Origin: Bdellovibrionales bacterium
GTDB lineage: Bacteria; Bdellovibrionota; UBA1018; CAIMNF01
Assembly (NCBI GenBank): GCA_040380025.1
Contig: JBEIJY010000004.1
Location: forward strand, 1-64,000
Direction of reading: 5' to 3'
DNA length: 64,000 nt
The notes beneath the pieces are model-generated. The model worked only from the letters and a program-made list of their open reading frames with translations. It searched no databases and was not told the DNA's origin. The position numbers were made by a program, and so were the translations under genes. Of the stretch, positions 37,385-48,135 are shown piece by piece; position 1 is the first letter of the stretch, and the number at the start of each line of letters is the position of its first letter.

Positions 37385-37959
37385 CGTACGCCCCCGGACT
37401 GATCGCGCGCCATCATCTGCCTCCACGAGAACCAGCCCCAGATCGCCATCAAAAGGAACGCAAAATACACGGCCGATGTGAGGTACAGATTCTTCGAGGC
37501 ATAGAGCGGAACGGCGATAACGTTCACGATGATCCACACCAGCCAGTTCTCGACCTTTCTTGCCATCATGAGGAGCTGACCCCAGACCGAGAACATGAGC
37601 ACGACCGAATCGACAAACGGAAAACTCGCGTCGGTATGAAGATGTAAGAACGAACCGTATAAGCCGGTAAGAGCCACCGATGCGCTGAACTGCAGGGCGA
37701 GAGTCCGGCCCTTCGAGCGGGTGATCGGAAGTTCCGTTTTTCCGGCGCTTCCAAACTTCCAGTTCCAGAGTCCGATGGCTCCGGTCAGAATGAAGAACCC
37801 CTGCAAGGCCACATCGGCATAGAGCTTGACCTCGTAAAACAGCACGGCAAACAAGGCACAGGCCACGATTCCCACAGGCCAGGTCAGAACGTGGTTTTTT
37901 CGTGCCAGATAAACCGCAGAGAGGTTCAACAGGTTCGCGATCGCTTCGAGTGTGCTCAT
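37381..37959 (-). CDS. pnuC: PnuC-family vitamin transporter
   Basis: WPVGI, LYAD..LQ and QLLMMARKVENWLVWI. Confidence 0.9.
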   Translation of the reverse strand: MSTLEAIANLLNLSAVYLARKNHVLTWPVGIVACALFAVLFYEVKLYADVALQGFFILTGAIGLWNWKFGSAGKTELPITRSKGRTLALQFSASVALTGLYGSFLHLHTDASFPFVDSVVLMFSVWGQLLMMARKVENWLVWIIVNVIAVPLYASKNLYLTSAVYFAFLLMAIWGWFSWRQMMARDQSGGVR

Positions 37960-38008
37960 GAGGCTTCAAGGTATCCAAAAACAGGGTTTTGTGCCAATCT
38001 CGTTTGTC

Positions 38009-38659
38009 ATGATTGCTGTGATTGCCGGTGCGACCGGGCTGGTCGGTTCGAACGTTCTACGACGCCTTCTTCAGGATCCGGCATTCGAGTCGGTCCTTGC
38101 GGTCGCGCGAAAGCCCCTTGCGCTCACGCACCCCAAGCTCAAAGTCGTATTGATTCAAGACCTACAGGAGCTCCCCTCGAAAAAAGACGAACTCCGGGGC
38201 GATGCCTACTTTTGCTGTCTCGGAACCACGATCAAGACGGCGGGAAGCCAAGAGGCGTTTCGACGGGTGGATTTTGATGCCGTGGTGGAATTCGGAAAAA
38301 TCGCGAAAGCCCATTGGGCGCGCAGTTTCGTGCTGGTCTCGGCCGCGGGATCGGACGCGAACTCCTCGATTTTTTACAGCCGCGTGAAGGGCGAGGCCGA
38401 GAGCGCACTGGTGGCGCTCGAGCTCCATCGGCTGGTGATCGCAAGACCCGGACTTTTGATCGGCGACCGGAGCGAAACCAGACCCGCCGAACGGGCGGGG
38501 ATTGTCCTCGCTCGTGCGGTTTCAGGAATCATTCCCCGGGCGATCTGGAAGCGCCTTGCGACCGAGGTCGACCCTTTGGCGCAAATTCTGATTCACGAAG
38601 CGAAAACTCCCGGAACAGGCGTGAAGGTGCTTCCTCCGTCCGAACTCAGCCGTTCTTGA
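38009..38659 (+). CDS. NAD(P)-binding oxidoreductase (YraR/TIP30-like)
   Basis: GATGLVG, CCLGTTIKTAGS, YSRVKGE and RPGLL. Confidence 0.88.
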   Translation: MIAVIAGATGLVGSNVLRRLLQDPAFESVLAVARKPLALTHPKLKVVLIQDLQELPSKKDELRGDAYFCCLGTTIKTAGSQEAFRRVDFDAVVEFGKIAKAHWARSFVLVSAAGSDANSSIFYSRVKGEAESALVALELHRLVIARPGLLIGDRSETRPAERAGIVLARAVSGIIPRAIWKRLATEVDPLAQILIHEAKTPGTGVKVLPPSELSRS

Positions 38660-39188
38660 TCCACTCGGTCTCGAGCTGAATCGACACATCGTCTCCCACC
38701 AGCACTCCGCCCGCCTCGATCGCGGCCGTCCACTCGAGTCCGAACTCCTTGCGACGGAGACGCGCATGCCCCGAGGCCTTCAGGCGAATCACTCCGGATG
38801 CGTCTTTTACGGGCGAATCAAGACCTTTTGCAAAAACAGTGATCTCCCTGGTCACTCCGTGCAGGGTGAGCTCGCCTGGAATCTCGTATTCGTTTTTCTT
38901 CAGGGGCCGGATTCCCTTGCAGTGATAGCGCATGGTCGGGAACCGGGTGATCTCGAAGAATTCAGAGGTCTTCAGGTATTCATCGCGCTTTTCGTCGCGG
39001 GTATCGATGCTCGCAAGCTCGATCACGACTTCGAGCGTGGTTTCTTCTGCGCACTCGGGATGAAACGAGAGCGTTCCTGAGAATCGCTTGAACGACCCAT
39101 GAACCTTCGAGAGCATCAGGTGTTTCACGCTGAAGTTCACGGCAGAGCGGGCGGGATCGAGCGTCCAACGGGTGATCTCTTGGGTCAT
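38646..39188 (-). CDS. YceI family protein
   Basis: WTLDP..FSVKHLM, RDEYLKTSEFF and GELTLHGVT. Confidence 0.92.
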   Translation of the reverse strand: MTQEITRWTLDPARSAVNFSVKHLMLSKVHGSFKRFSGTLSFHPECAEETTLEVVIELASIDTRDEKRDEYLKTSEFFEITRFPTMRYHCKGIRPLKKNEYEIPGELTLHGVTREITVFAKGLDSPVKDASGVIRLKASGHARLRRKEFGLEWTAAIEAGGVLVGDDVSIQLETEWIKNG

Positions 39189-39282
39189 GAAGAGGCTCCT
39201 TGTCTTGAGTCTGGACGATACCGGAATCGAAGAAATCGCGCGCTGATTCTGATCAGACACGGTCGTAAAAACCAAAAAAACC

Positions 39283-39867
39283 TCAAAAAAACAAAAGTAC
39301 GGGGCGCTCCGCCTCGATTCTTACCCGACCGAAGGCCCGATTCGAGAGCCCGTGACTCGAAGCAGGCTCGAGCGGTGTTTTTTCGGTCAGCACATATTCG
39401 CAGGCGCCGGTGAGGAGGATCTCGTTTTTTTCGATGCTTCCGAGCGAAAACACCCCATGATGCTCGATCTCGCCCCGGGTAAGGCACCGCACCCGGCACT
39501 CCCCCCGTTCGTCATAAAACCGCGCCTCGACCGAGGCCCGAACCGAAAGCCAGCGCACGACTTCGCCGAGGTTAAACCATTCATGATCGCGGCGTCCGCC
39601 CAGGAATCCCCATAGGTGAAGCACCCGAACCGAATCGGTGACCTCGTCAAGCGCATGGGCGAGATCGCTCCGGCTCTTTCGGGGAGAAAGATCGACTCTC
39701 GGCCCTGAAGGAAGCTCTCCCTCGATCGAATCGGCATCGCCCACCCAAAGATCAAAGCGCTCGACAAAGCGGACACCGCCGTCGACCGCGATGACGGAAT
39801 GACTCGATAAACTCGCGGGAAGGGCGGGCCCGACCGGGCCCACCAGAACGACTTCGCTTCGGGACAT
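39283..39867 (-). CDS. thiN: Thiamine diphosphokinase
   Basis: AVDGG, VGDADS, KSRSD, LGGRRDH and GLSN. Confidence 0.8.
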   Translation of the reverse strand: MSRSEVVLVGPVGPALPASLSSHSVIAVDGGVRFVERFDLWVGDADSIEGELPSGPRVDLSPRKSRSDLAHALDEVTDSVRVLHLWGFLGGRRDHEWFNLGEVVRWLSVRASVEARFYDERGECRVRCLTRGEIEHHGVFSLGSIEKNEILLTGACEYVLTEKTPLEPASSHGLSNRAFGRVRIEAERPVLLFF

Positions 39868-40302
39868 TCAGCTCACCGTGAACTGAAACGACTTCTCGGT
39901 CTTGACCGAGTTCAGGATCATACAAGATTGGCTGGTTTTTTCGAGAAGATGCCGCGCACGCTCGGAATCGCTCGCGCCCGAAAGCGCGACCTCAAGATGA
40001 ACCGCTTTCATCCAGGGCGCACCCGACTCGTTGCGATCGACCGTAAGCACCGCATTCACCTGGAGCGCCTCAAAGCTGATTTTTGATTTCTCGGCAAACA
40101 CCTTGAAGGTGGCAACGAAACAATTGGCTAGAGCCGCGGCATACAGATCCTCGGGCGAGTAGCCGCCTCCCGGTCCCGCGAACTCGGGGGGAATCGACAT
40201 CGGAATCGCCGAATCCATCGAAGGCGCACGGGTCTCCCAGTTCGCGGCAATCCCCGCGCGGGTTTCGGCACTCACCGGAAAGCTCATCGGGTAACGGATC
40301 AT
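39868..40302 (-). CDS. OsmC family protein
   Basis: PPEFAGPG, SPEDLYAAALANC and CMILNSVK. Confidence 0.88.
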   Translation of the reverse strand: MIRYPMSFPVSAETRAGIAANWETRAPSMDSAIPMSIPPEFAGPGGGYSPEDLYAAALANCFVATFKVFAEKSKISFEALQVNAVLTVDRNESGAPWMKAVHLEVALSGASDSERARHLLEKTSQSCMILNSVKTEKSFQFTVS

Positions 40303-40305
40303 GGT

Positions 40306-40854
40306 TCAGTCCTCTTCTTTTTCGTGGTGTTCGGAATCATTCGGTTTGGAGCCAGAATGGCAGGAATCGCCGCCATCGCCACTGCCGCCGCAACCGCAAC
40401 CCGAGAAATCACTGCTGATTTCGGGGTGACGGATCTTCCCGCCCAAGTGCGCGGCATATCCGAGCGCGCCCGCGTTCCCGAGCAGGACCACGAACAGCAC
40501 CGCGGGGAACATCCGGTTCAGGCGGGAGTCGGGTTTTTTCATCGAAAGAAAACACCCCATTGCGGCAAGAAGACCGCTGATCACCGAAATCACGGTGGCC
40601 ACCTCGGCCGCTTCTTCGTGGGGATGAATCAACGACTCGGCGATGCAGGGAATGTTCTCGACCAACTCTTCGGCGGGCTCGCCCGAGAAAAACGCGAAGA
40701 GCGCAAACACGGCTGAGATCATGGTCACAAGGCGCGCTGCAACGGCAACCCCGTCGTTCTTTAAAATCCGCGAGGCGAGCAACAAAAAAAGCGCAATCGG
40801 AATTCCCACCACCGGAGCGTGGTTTACGATCAAATGAAATTGAACCCAGTTCAT
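40306..40854 (-). CDS. DUF2231-like membrane protein
   Basis: HLIVNHAP, SGEPAEE, HEEAA and GGKIRHPEI; AGGAG RBS. Confidence 0.7.
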   Translation of the reverse strand: MNWVQFHLIVNHAPVVGIPIALFLLLASRILKNDGVAVAARLVTMISAVFALFAFFSGEPAEELVENIPCIAESLIHPHEEAAEVATVISVISGLLAAMGCFLSMKKPDSRLNRMFPAVLFVVLLGNAGALGYAAHLGGKIRHPEISSDFSGCGCGGSGDGGDSCHSGSKPNDSEHHEKEED

Positions 40855-41007
40855 TTTTAGGACTCCTTCTCCTGCGTTCGACCGTACCACAGGACGCTCC
40901 GAATTGCCCCCAGAAGAGACATTTTGGGCATGGGACTCCCTCGGCCTCTGGCACCGGCGAGCTGGTGCCTCGTGAGGGTGGCGCGGTCCGTGCTTCTGAT
41001 TTTTGGT

Positions 41008-41760
41008 ATGCCTCTGAACGGCATGCCTCGCGAGGCGGACCTTCAAACCAAACCGAACGTGCCGGTCTTTCATGCGAAATGCCTGACAAAGACGTATTTC
41101 ATGGGCGAGGTCGGGGTGCAGGCCCTGCGCGGGGTGGATCTTGAGCTTTTCGAGGGCGAATTCGTGGTGTTTCTTGGTCCGTCAGGAAGCGGCAAGTCCA
41201 CGCTCCTGAACATTTTGGGCGGGCTCGATACCGCAACTTCGGGCGAGGTGTTCTATCGCGAACACAATTTGGTGCGGGCGGACTCGCGTGCTCTTACCGA
41301 CTTCAGGCGGGAACATGTGGGGTTCGTGTTCCAGTTTTACAACTTGATTCCGAGCCTGACCGCCGAAGAAAACGTGCGGCTCGTGACCGAAATCGCAAGC
41401 AAACCGATGGATCCGCTTGAGGCTCTTGCCCTGGTCGACCTTGCCGACCTGAAAGATCGCTTTCCCTCCCAGCTTTCGGGGGGCGAACAGCAGCGGGTCG
41501 CGATCGCTCGCGCCATCGCGAAACGCCCCGATATTCTTTTGTGCGACGAACCGACGGGCGCCCTCGACGAGGCGACCGGAAAAAAAGTGCTCGAAGCCAT
41601 ACGAAGGGTGAATGAGGAACTCGGAACTCTTGCCGCAGTGATTACCCACAATGCCTCGATTGCGGGAATGGCCGATCGGGTCGTGCATCTTTCGAACGGT
41701 AGAATCAGCAAGATGGTCACGAATGCCTCTCGCGTGGATCTTCGGGAGATTCACTGGTGA
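41008..41760 (+). CDS. ABC transporter ATP-binding protein (MacB/LolD type); start uncertain
   Basis: [16 protein letters not shown] and DEPTGALD. Confidence 0.93.
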   Translation: MPLNGMPREADLQTKPNVPVFHAKCLTKTYFMGEVGVQALRGVDLELFEGEFVVFLGPSGSGKSTLLNILGGLDTATSGEVFYREHNLVRADSRALTDFRREHVGFVFQFYNLIPSLTAEENVRLVTEIASKPMDPLEALALVDLADLKDRFPSQLSGGEQQRVAIARAIAKRPDILLCDEPTGALDEATGKKVLEAIRRVNEELGTLAAVITHNASIAGMADRVVHLSNGRISKMVTNASRVDLREIHW

Positions 41761-44174
41761 TGCAAACCCTGAATCGCAAACTATTCCGGAACCTGAAGAA
41801 GCTGAAGGCACAGACCATCACCACGGCGATCTTGATCGCGTGCGGGGTGGGCATGCTGATCGCCACCTCGAGCGCACACGAGGCCCTGAAGGACTCCCGC
41901 GATCGGTTCTACCGCGACTACCAATTCGCTCATCTTTTCGGAGACCTGAAGCGAGCACCGCTCTTTGTCGCCGATCGGATCTCGACGATCCCCGGGGTCG
42001 AGGCGGTCGATGCGGGGATCTCGATCGACGGGCTCATTCACCTCGAAATGAAGGGCAAAGGTCCCGCTCCCGAGCCTGCGGTGGGACGCTTTACCTCCTT
42101 GCCCGAGGCGGGGTCCGCCGGACTGAATCGGCTGTACCTCAGAACCGGGCGCCTCCCGCACGAATCGATCACCCCCGAAGTGGTACTCCATGAGGGCTTT
42201 GCGAGCGCGAATGAACTGCATCCCGGAGACCGGTTCGGAATCTTGATTCAAGGGCGTGAAGAGCGGGTTCAGGTGGTGGGAATCGCAATCTCTCCGGACA
42301 CCGTGTACGCGCTCAGCTCCTCGGCACCCCTGCCCGATGACCGGCATTTTGGAATCGGATGGATGGCACGCGCGGACCTCGAACGCCTGACCGACATGGC
42401 CGGATCATTCAATCATCTGAGCGTGTTGATTTCTCCCGCACTCGAAGGCCAAAAAGGCAAGGATTCACCGATCAGGACGATCAAAACCGTGAAGACCACG
42501 ATCGATGACATCCTGAAACCGTACGGAAGCCCCGGAGTGATCGACCGGAGTCTGCAGTCCTCGGACCGGTTTGTCGAAAACGAGATCGAAGAGCAACGGG
42601 TGATGGCGCTCATCATTCCCTCGATCTTTCTCGCCATTGCGGCGTTTTTGATTCAGATCATCAGCTCCCGGCTGATTCATCTTGAGCGACCCGAGATCGC
42701 GACCCTGAAGGCGCTCGGCTACCCCGACCGGACCGTGACCCTGCACTACCTGAAGCTGATCCTGATGATGATGGTCACGATCGGAATCGTTCCCGGAATC
42801 GCCCTCGGAGGCGGAATCGGGAAGCTCCTCTCGATGAGCTACGAGCGATTTTTTCGGTTTCCCTCGATCGACTTCAGCATTCACCCGAACTCGGCCCTGA
42901 TCGGAATCCTCGCGGGAATCCTTCCTGGTCTGGTGGGATCGGCGCTCGGGCTCACGGGCATTTTTCGGCTTCGGCCCGCCGAGGCGCTCAAGCCACCCGT
43001 GCCCCCGTCGTTTCATTTTTTGATTTTCGAGCGAGATGGAATTCTTCGAAAAATTCCGGTTCGAGCAAGGATGATCCTTCGGAATCTCTTTGCGCGGCCC
43101 TTCCGGCTTATCCTCTCGATTCTGGGAATCTCGACCAGCCTGATGGTGATGATCATGGTGTTTTCGTGGAACGACATGCTCGATTATTTGCTTGTAACCG
43201 AATTCGAGCGGATCGAGCGCGGGGATCTCACGCTTGGGCTCATCAAACCAGCGCCGCTTGCGGTGCTTTCGGATTTACGAACGCTTCCCGGGGTGCTCGA
43301 TGTCGAGGGCTATCGGAGCGTACCGGTACGACTGAAGCATGGGCAGTTTTCGCGCGAGATCGCGCTTACTGGCTGGCCCGAGGGAGCGAAGCTCGCGCAG
43401 ATTCTCGATCGCGAGGGCAGGGCGGTGCGTGTGCCCCGCGAGGGCTTGCTCTTGAGCCGGTATTTTGAATGGAAATGGGGCCTGAAGCCCGGGGACCCGG
43501 TGCGCGCAGAGCTTTTGGAAAACCCCGAGCGGTCACTCTCGCTTCGGGTGGCAGGATTTTCGGATGATCTGATCGGAATCAGTGCCAACCTGAGAAGCAC
43601 GGAGCTGAGCCGGGCCATGGACGAGGAGCCCGCGTATAACCAGATCCGGCTCAAGATCGACCCGAAACAGGCGATTCCTCTTTTCGTGAAGCTGAAAGAA
43701 ATCCCGCTCATTCAATCGGTGGTCAAGCGAAGCGCGCTCTATCGGGGGTTTCAAGAATCGATGGGGGCGCTCATTGCCACTTCGACCGGAATATTGACCG
43801 CATTCGCACTCGCGATCGCGCTCGGCGTGATCGACAACTCGGTGCGAGTGAGCTTCTCGGAGCGCTCCTGGGAGCTTGCGAGCCTTCGGGTGTTGGGATT
43901 CCAAGAAAAAGACGCGTTCCGGCTTCTTCTCGGAGAGAACGCGTTTCAGACCCTGCTTGCGATTCCGATCGGATGCCTGATCGGCTACGCCCTGACCGGG
44001 CTTACGATCGAGAGCATTCATGCCGAGGAGTATGATTTTCCGGTGGTGATGGAACTGAAGACCCCCGTGCTTGCGATCGCCATTGTCGTGGCCGCCTTCG
44101 GAGCAAGCTTGCTGTCGCTGTATCGGCTCTCGAAGCGGATTCCGCTCATTTCGGCACTGAAGGCGAGGGAGTGA
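41757..44174 (+). CDS. ABC transporter permease with duplicated FtsX/MacB domains
   Basis: [13 protein letters not shown] and [14 protein letters not shown]. Confidence 0.9.
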   Translation: MMQTLNRKLFRNLKKLKAQTITTAILIACGVGMLIATSSAHEALKDSRDRFYRDYQFAHLFGDLKRAPLFVADRISTIPGVEAVDAGISIDGLIHLEMKGKGPAPEPAVGRFTSLPEAGSAGLNRLYLRTGRLPHESITPEVVLHEGFASANELHPGDRFGILIQGREERVQVVGIAISPDTVYALSSSAPLPDDRHFGIGWMARADLERLTDMAGSFNHLSVLISPALEGQKGKDSPIRTIKTVKTTIDDILKPYGSPGVIDRSLQSSDRFVENEIEEQRVMALIIPSIFLAIAAFLIQIISSRLIHLERPEIATLKALGYPDRTVTLHYLKLILMMMVTIGIVPGIALGGGIGKLLSMSYERFFRFPSIDFSIHPNSALIGILAGILPGLVGSALGLTGIFRLRPAEALKPPVPPSFHFLIFERDGILRKIPVRARMILRNLFARPFRLILSILGISTSLMVMIMVFSWNDMLDYLLVTEFERIERGDLTLGLIKPAPLAVLSDLRTLPGVLDVEGYRSVPVRLKHGQFSREIALTGWPEGAKLAQILDREGRAVRVPREGLLLSRYFEWKWGLKPGDPVRAELLENPERSLSLRVAGFSDDLIGISANLRSTELSRAMDEEPAYNQIRLKIDPKQAIPLFVKLKEIPLIQSVVKRSALYRGFQESMGALIATSTGILTAFALAIALGVIDNSVRVSFSERSWELASLRVLGFQEKDAFRLLLGENAFQTLLAIPIGCLIGYALTGLTIESIHAEEYDFPVVMELKTPVLAIAIVVAAFGASLLSLYRLSKRIPLISALKARE

Positions 44175-44178
44175 GTTC

Positions 44179-45081
44179 ATGAAAAATGCGGCTCCATTTT
44201 GGCGACGATTCGGCGGCTGGGGGATTCTCGGTATGGCCGTGGCCGCGATGATTTTGCTTCTTTTGCGAAATCCGCCGATCGAGGTCGATGGAGCCTCGGT
44301 CGAACGAAAGGAATTCATCGAGACCCTGATCAGTGACGGAATCCTGCGCTCGAAAACGCGCATCACCGTCACCGCCTTTGCCATGGGCGAACTCGGCCGC
44401 ATGCCCTACCGGGTCGGCGATGAGCTAAAAAAAGGCGCCGTGATCGCCGAGCTTTTGTGGGATGTGAAACCCGAGCCGGTCCGGGCTCCGATCGCGGGCG
44501 TGATCTCGAAGGTCTACCGCGAGAGCGCCGGGCCCATTCTTCGCGGAGAACCCATCGTGGAAATGGTCGATCCGCGCCACTTGGAGGGAATCGCAGAAGT
44601 GCTCACCATTCATGCGAGCCTTGTCCGGCCCGGGAATCCTGCCTTCATTACGATTCCCGGAATGCCGGAGCCCATTCGAGCAAGGGTGATCCGGATCAGC
44701 AAAGCGGGCTTTGTGAAGATCTCCGCCCTCGGGGTCGAAGAGGAGCGCACCGAGGTGACGCTCGCACTCGAGCACCCGGCGCGTGAGCTCGTGCAACACC
44801 TCGGGAGCACCTACCATGTCGAGGTCGCAATCGAAACGCGCCGCACGCCGAATGCCGTGCTTGTGCCAACGGGAGCATTGATTCGGGATGGATCGGACTG
44901 GGCGGTGTATCGGGTAAAGGAGGGACGGGCGAGGAAAGAGCGGGTCGAGATCGCGGGGACCTCGGGAGGCTCGGCAAAACTTGCCGGGGACGCACAAATT
45001 AAGCCGGGCGACCGGGTGATCGTCTACCCCGGGGATTTGGTCAAAGACGGGATTCGGGTGAAGGAGCGAGACTCGAGGTAG
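44179..45081 (+). CDS. Periplasmic adaptor (HlyD/MFP) lacking the alpha-hairpin
   Basis: N-terminal TM, lipoyl halves, SALGVEEER, VPTGAL and GDRVIVYP. Confidence 0.85.
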   Translation: MKNAAPFWRRFGGWGILGMAVAAMILLLLRNPPIEVDGASVERKEFIETLISDGILRSKTRITVTAFAMGELGRMPYRVGDELKKGAVIAELLWDVKPEPVRAPIAGVISKVYRESAGPILRGEPIVEMVDPRHLEGIAEVLTIHASLVRPGNPAFITIPGMPEPIRARVIRISKAGFVKISALGVEEERTEVTLALEHPARELVQHLGSTYHVEVAIETRRTPNAVLVPTGALIRDGSDWAVYRVKEGRARKERVEIAGTSGGSAKLAGDAQIKPGDRVIVYPGDLVKDGIRVKERDSR

Positions 45082-45191
45082 GATGGCGAAAGCGAGGCCG
45101 GAGGAACCGGCTCGGAGGTAAAAATAAAATCATCCCCCCCCCCTTTAGGCCCGCCCGTACGGCGCAAAAGCACAATCAAAGGGAGCAGTTT

Positions 45192-45983
45192 TTAGGATGC
45201 CTCGATTTTTCGCGCGGGAATTCCGCCCCAGGTTTCGCCCGCCGGGACCACCGTCTTTGGCATCACCACCGAGCCCGGCAAGATCCTGGCGCCCTCCCCG
45301 ATCTCGACTCCCCCAAGAATCTTCGCATGAAGCCCGAGATTCGCGCCCTTCCGGATCACCACCGGCGAGACGATCAGAAACCCGCTCATCGCATAGTGTG
45401 CGATGATCACGACCGATCCGCCGACCGTCACCCGATCCTCGATGGTGATCATCAGCGGGTCCGAGAGGTTGCTCGAGTTGATGTGCACATCGCGTCCGAT
45501 CTTCATGCCCATCCGGCGGTAAAAAAACAGATTGAACGGAGTGGGCGTGATGAATTCCAGAAACGTGTAGCGCACAAGATAGGTGAGCGCATTGTGGATG
45601 TACCAGGCAAGAAACCGCGTGGAATAATTCTGGCCCCGCGCGGGCTTCACGAAGGGCCGCACAAAAAGATTGATGACGGGAACCAGTAGAATGAGCGTGA
45701 ATCCGTACACAAAGAATCCGCCCCCGAGACCCAGGCCTTTCATGAGCCATCGGGCGACACCGTCCAGGGTTTCGACGTGCGCGGAACAAAGCTCGAACAG
45801 GTACACCGCCGGAGCGAGGGCACCGGCCAGAATGAGGGCGGCCAGGAGATAAATGGGCAAAAGAGTGAGCGCATACACCAGGCTTTTGTGGCGACGGAGC
45901 ATGCGTTCGTAGACTCCGACGAGACCCTTCTGGCCCTCTTCTTTGATGTCGAACTTCCAAGGCTCGGGCTTCTTCTGGTCCAT
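45192..45983 (-). CDS. Membrane-anchored hexapeptide-repeat acyltransferase
   Basis: Two TM segments; MGMKIGRDVHI, VEIGEGARI and WGGIPA. Confidence 0.8.
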   Translation of the reverse strand: MDQKKPEPWKFDIKEEGQKGLVGVYERMLRRHKSLVYALTLLPIYLLAALILAGALAPAVYLFELCSAHVETLDGVARWLMKGLGLGGGFFVYGFTLILLVPVINLFVRPFVKPARGQNYSTRFLAWYIHNALTYLVRYTFLEFITPTPFNLFFYRRMGMKIGRDVHINSSNLSDPLMITIEDRVTVGGSVVIIAHYAMSGFLIVSPVVIRKGANLGLHAKILGGVEIGEGARILPGSVVMPKTVVPAGETWGGIPARKIEAS

Positions 45984-46098
45984 TTCTTAAGGATACTGGG
46001 TTCATGGGAGCGGGTCAAACGACGAGCACCCGGAGTGCCGATTCGGGTTGCCTACTGACTGTTCTCGACTCTAAACTGGACACAAGAGGCTTCGTTTC

Positions 46099-47385
46099 AT
46101 GTCTGATCCGCATTTTCGTGTGACTCGACGAATTCAGGAAATTCACTCCGTGCTCGCCTCGGTGGAGCCCTACTCCGAGCTCGTTCTTTGGATCAACCCG
46201 AAGGACACCCGCGTGGTGTTTCGCGCCAATGTGATCCAGATCGATGAACTGCGCGAGCTCGTGGTGCTGAACCTGAAGGATGCGCCCGCCGGGCTTGCGG
46301 CGGAACGGAATGTGTATCTGAAATTCGCCGCCACCTCGGGCGTGAGCAAGTGCCGGGTGATCTCGGTGCAGGGATCGTTGCTGACCCTGAAGCTCTCGGA
46401 CGAGATGATCGTGATCGAACGCCGGCGGAACCGGCGCATCCAGTTTCGAAAAGACGATGCGAAGAAGCTTGTCCTTCGGGCCAATTCGGGAGACATCGAA
46501 TTCACCGTCCTGAATGCCTCCGAACGGGGGTTTCGGCTTAGGGCGAGCCCGGCACAGGTCATCGAGGCGCGGGATGCGAGGCCCCTGCGCATGGTTTCGC
46601 TCGGCCCGTCACCGATCGGCATGGATTGCCGCCTCGTCTGGAACGATGCCGACACCCTTGCCATTGAGCTCTCGCGGGAGCTGACGCGCGAGGAATTCGA
46701 GTTCTTCATCGAGAATCCGCGCCGTGCAGGAGTCGAGCCCGAGAAGTTCTTTAGTGACCAAGAGTACTTCGAGACCGTCCGGAGCAACATGGACGACCTG
46801 ATCCGGAAACTCGAGAAGCGTCCGAAGCTCGCGACTGCCATGAAGACCCTGCAAGTCGACCGCGAGGGGAATTACATCAAGACCCATGTCGATCTTCTTT
46901 GCTATGTCTCGTGCTCGATCGGGCGGATGCTCGGGTGGGTCACCCAAAAAACAATCGACAAGCTGATTCTTGCGGCCTATCTGCATGACATCCGGTACTT
47001 CGAGAACCATAAACTCGCACGCATCCGCTCGCTTGCCGAATTCGAAGAGAAAAAATCTACCCTCACTGAAGAAGAGCAAAAGATCTTCCTCGAGGGCCCC
47101 TCTTACAGCGCTCGCATGGCACGGGACGAGGCGACCGACTCGCTCGATGTCGAGCGGATTCTGATTCAGCAAAAGGAGCGGCCGGACGGCACGGGATTCC
47201 CCGAAGGCGTGGACTTCAAACAGCTCTTCCCCCTCTCCTGCCTGTTCATGGTGAGCCACGAGTTCGTGGACTATGTGTATTCGACCCCGAACTGGAGTTT
47301 TCGGGATTTCACAGTAAAAGCCCGCACCGTTTACAAGGGGCCGTACTTCATCAAGATTCTCGAAGTCTTTGACCAATTGAGCTGA
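46099..47385 (+). CDS. PilZ plus degenerate HD-GYP protein
   Basis: ERRRNRR..NASERG (PilZ); LHDI..QQKERPDGTGFP (HD-GYP-like). Confidence 0.8.
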   Translation: MSDPHFRVTRRIQEIHSVLASVEPYSELVLWINPKDTRVVFRANVIQIDELRELVVLNLKDAPAGLAAERNVYLKFAATSGVSKCRVISVQGSLLTLKLSDEMIVIERRRNRRIQFRKDDAKKLVLRANSGDIEFTVLNASERGFRLRASPAQVIEARDARPLRMVSLGPSPIGMDCRLVWNDADTLAIELSRELTREEFEFFIENPRRAGVEPEKFFSDQEYFETVRSNMDDLIRKLEKRPKLATAMKTLQVDREGNYIKTHVDLLCYVSCSIGRMLGWVTQKTIDKLILAAYLHDIRYFENHKLARIRSLAEFEEKKSTLTEEEQKIFLEGPSYSARMARDEATDSLDVERILIQQKERPDGTGFPEGVDFKQLFPLSCLFMVSHEFVDYVYSTPNWSFRDFTVKARTVYKGPYFIKILEVFDQLS

Positions 47386-47404
47386 TCGGGACTACCTTGA
47401 GGGC

Positions 47405-48130
47405 ATGGAAACCGCGCTCCGTTACCGCAAAGGACTGATCCTGATTCCCACCCCGATCGCAGAGGACCTGCCCTTGGAGCCGGTGGCGCTCGCCCTTTTA
47501 CAAGAGGTCGCGACCGATCCCATGGCGCTCATTCTGGTCGAAGAGCGGAAGGTCGCGCGCACCCGCTGGCTTCGCTGGGGACTGCCGCGCGAGTCGATTG
47601 CATCGTTTGTGGAGTTCAATGAGCACACGGCAGAAGAGTCGAACGAAGTGGTGCTTTCGGCCCTTCGTTCCGGAAAGCGCGCGGTGCTCATGAGTGACGG
47701 AGGACTTCCGGCATTTTGCGACCCGGGAACCGGGCTCGTGGGCCTATGCCATGAGCGGGGAATCCCTGTGACGGCGACGCCCTTTTCGAATTCGATCGGA
47801 CTCGCCCTTGCTCTCTCGGGATTCGACCACCGGGAGTTTCATTTTTCGGGGTTTTTGCCGGCCGAAGCGGGCGCAAGAAAAGAGGCGCTGAATGCGATCG
47901 CAAGAACGCTCCGGTGCACGGTGATCCTGATGGACACGCCCTACCGGCTTCAGGCGCTATTGAAGGACCTCTCGGCCTCTCCGCTGAAATCCCGCCGTGT
48001 GTTCCTCGCCACTTCGTTGAACACCCCCGAAGAGGCGCTGTTTCGCGGAAGCATCGCGCAGGTGCTAGGGCAGCTCGGAGACCGAAACAAGCTCGAGTTC
48101 ATTTTGATTGTGTCAAACGGCGGCTCTTGA
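47405..48130 (+). CDS. rsmI: RsmI-like tetrapyrrole-methylase-family rRNA methyltransferase
   Basis: LIPTPI, NEHT, MSDGGLPAFCDPG, ALALSGF and DTPYR. Confidence 0.8.
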   Translation: METALRYRKGLILIPTPIAEDLPLEPVALALLQEVATDPMALILVEERKVARTRWLRWGLPRESIASFVEFNEHTAEESNEVVLSALRSGKRAVLMSDGGLPAFCDPGTGLVGLCHERGIPVTATPFSNSIGLALALSGFDHREFHFSGFLPAEAGARKEALNAIARTLRCTVILMDTPYRLQALLKDLSASPLKSRRVFLATSLNTPEEALFRGSIAQVLGQLGDRNKLEFILIVSNGGS

Positions 48131-48135
48131 TGCCC

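Noticed and set aside
36236..37978. 580-aa ORF as a single protein
   Set aside because: Its first 198 codons are an alternate frame of pnuC. The real start is the ATGA-coupled ATG at 37384.
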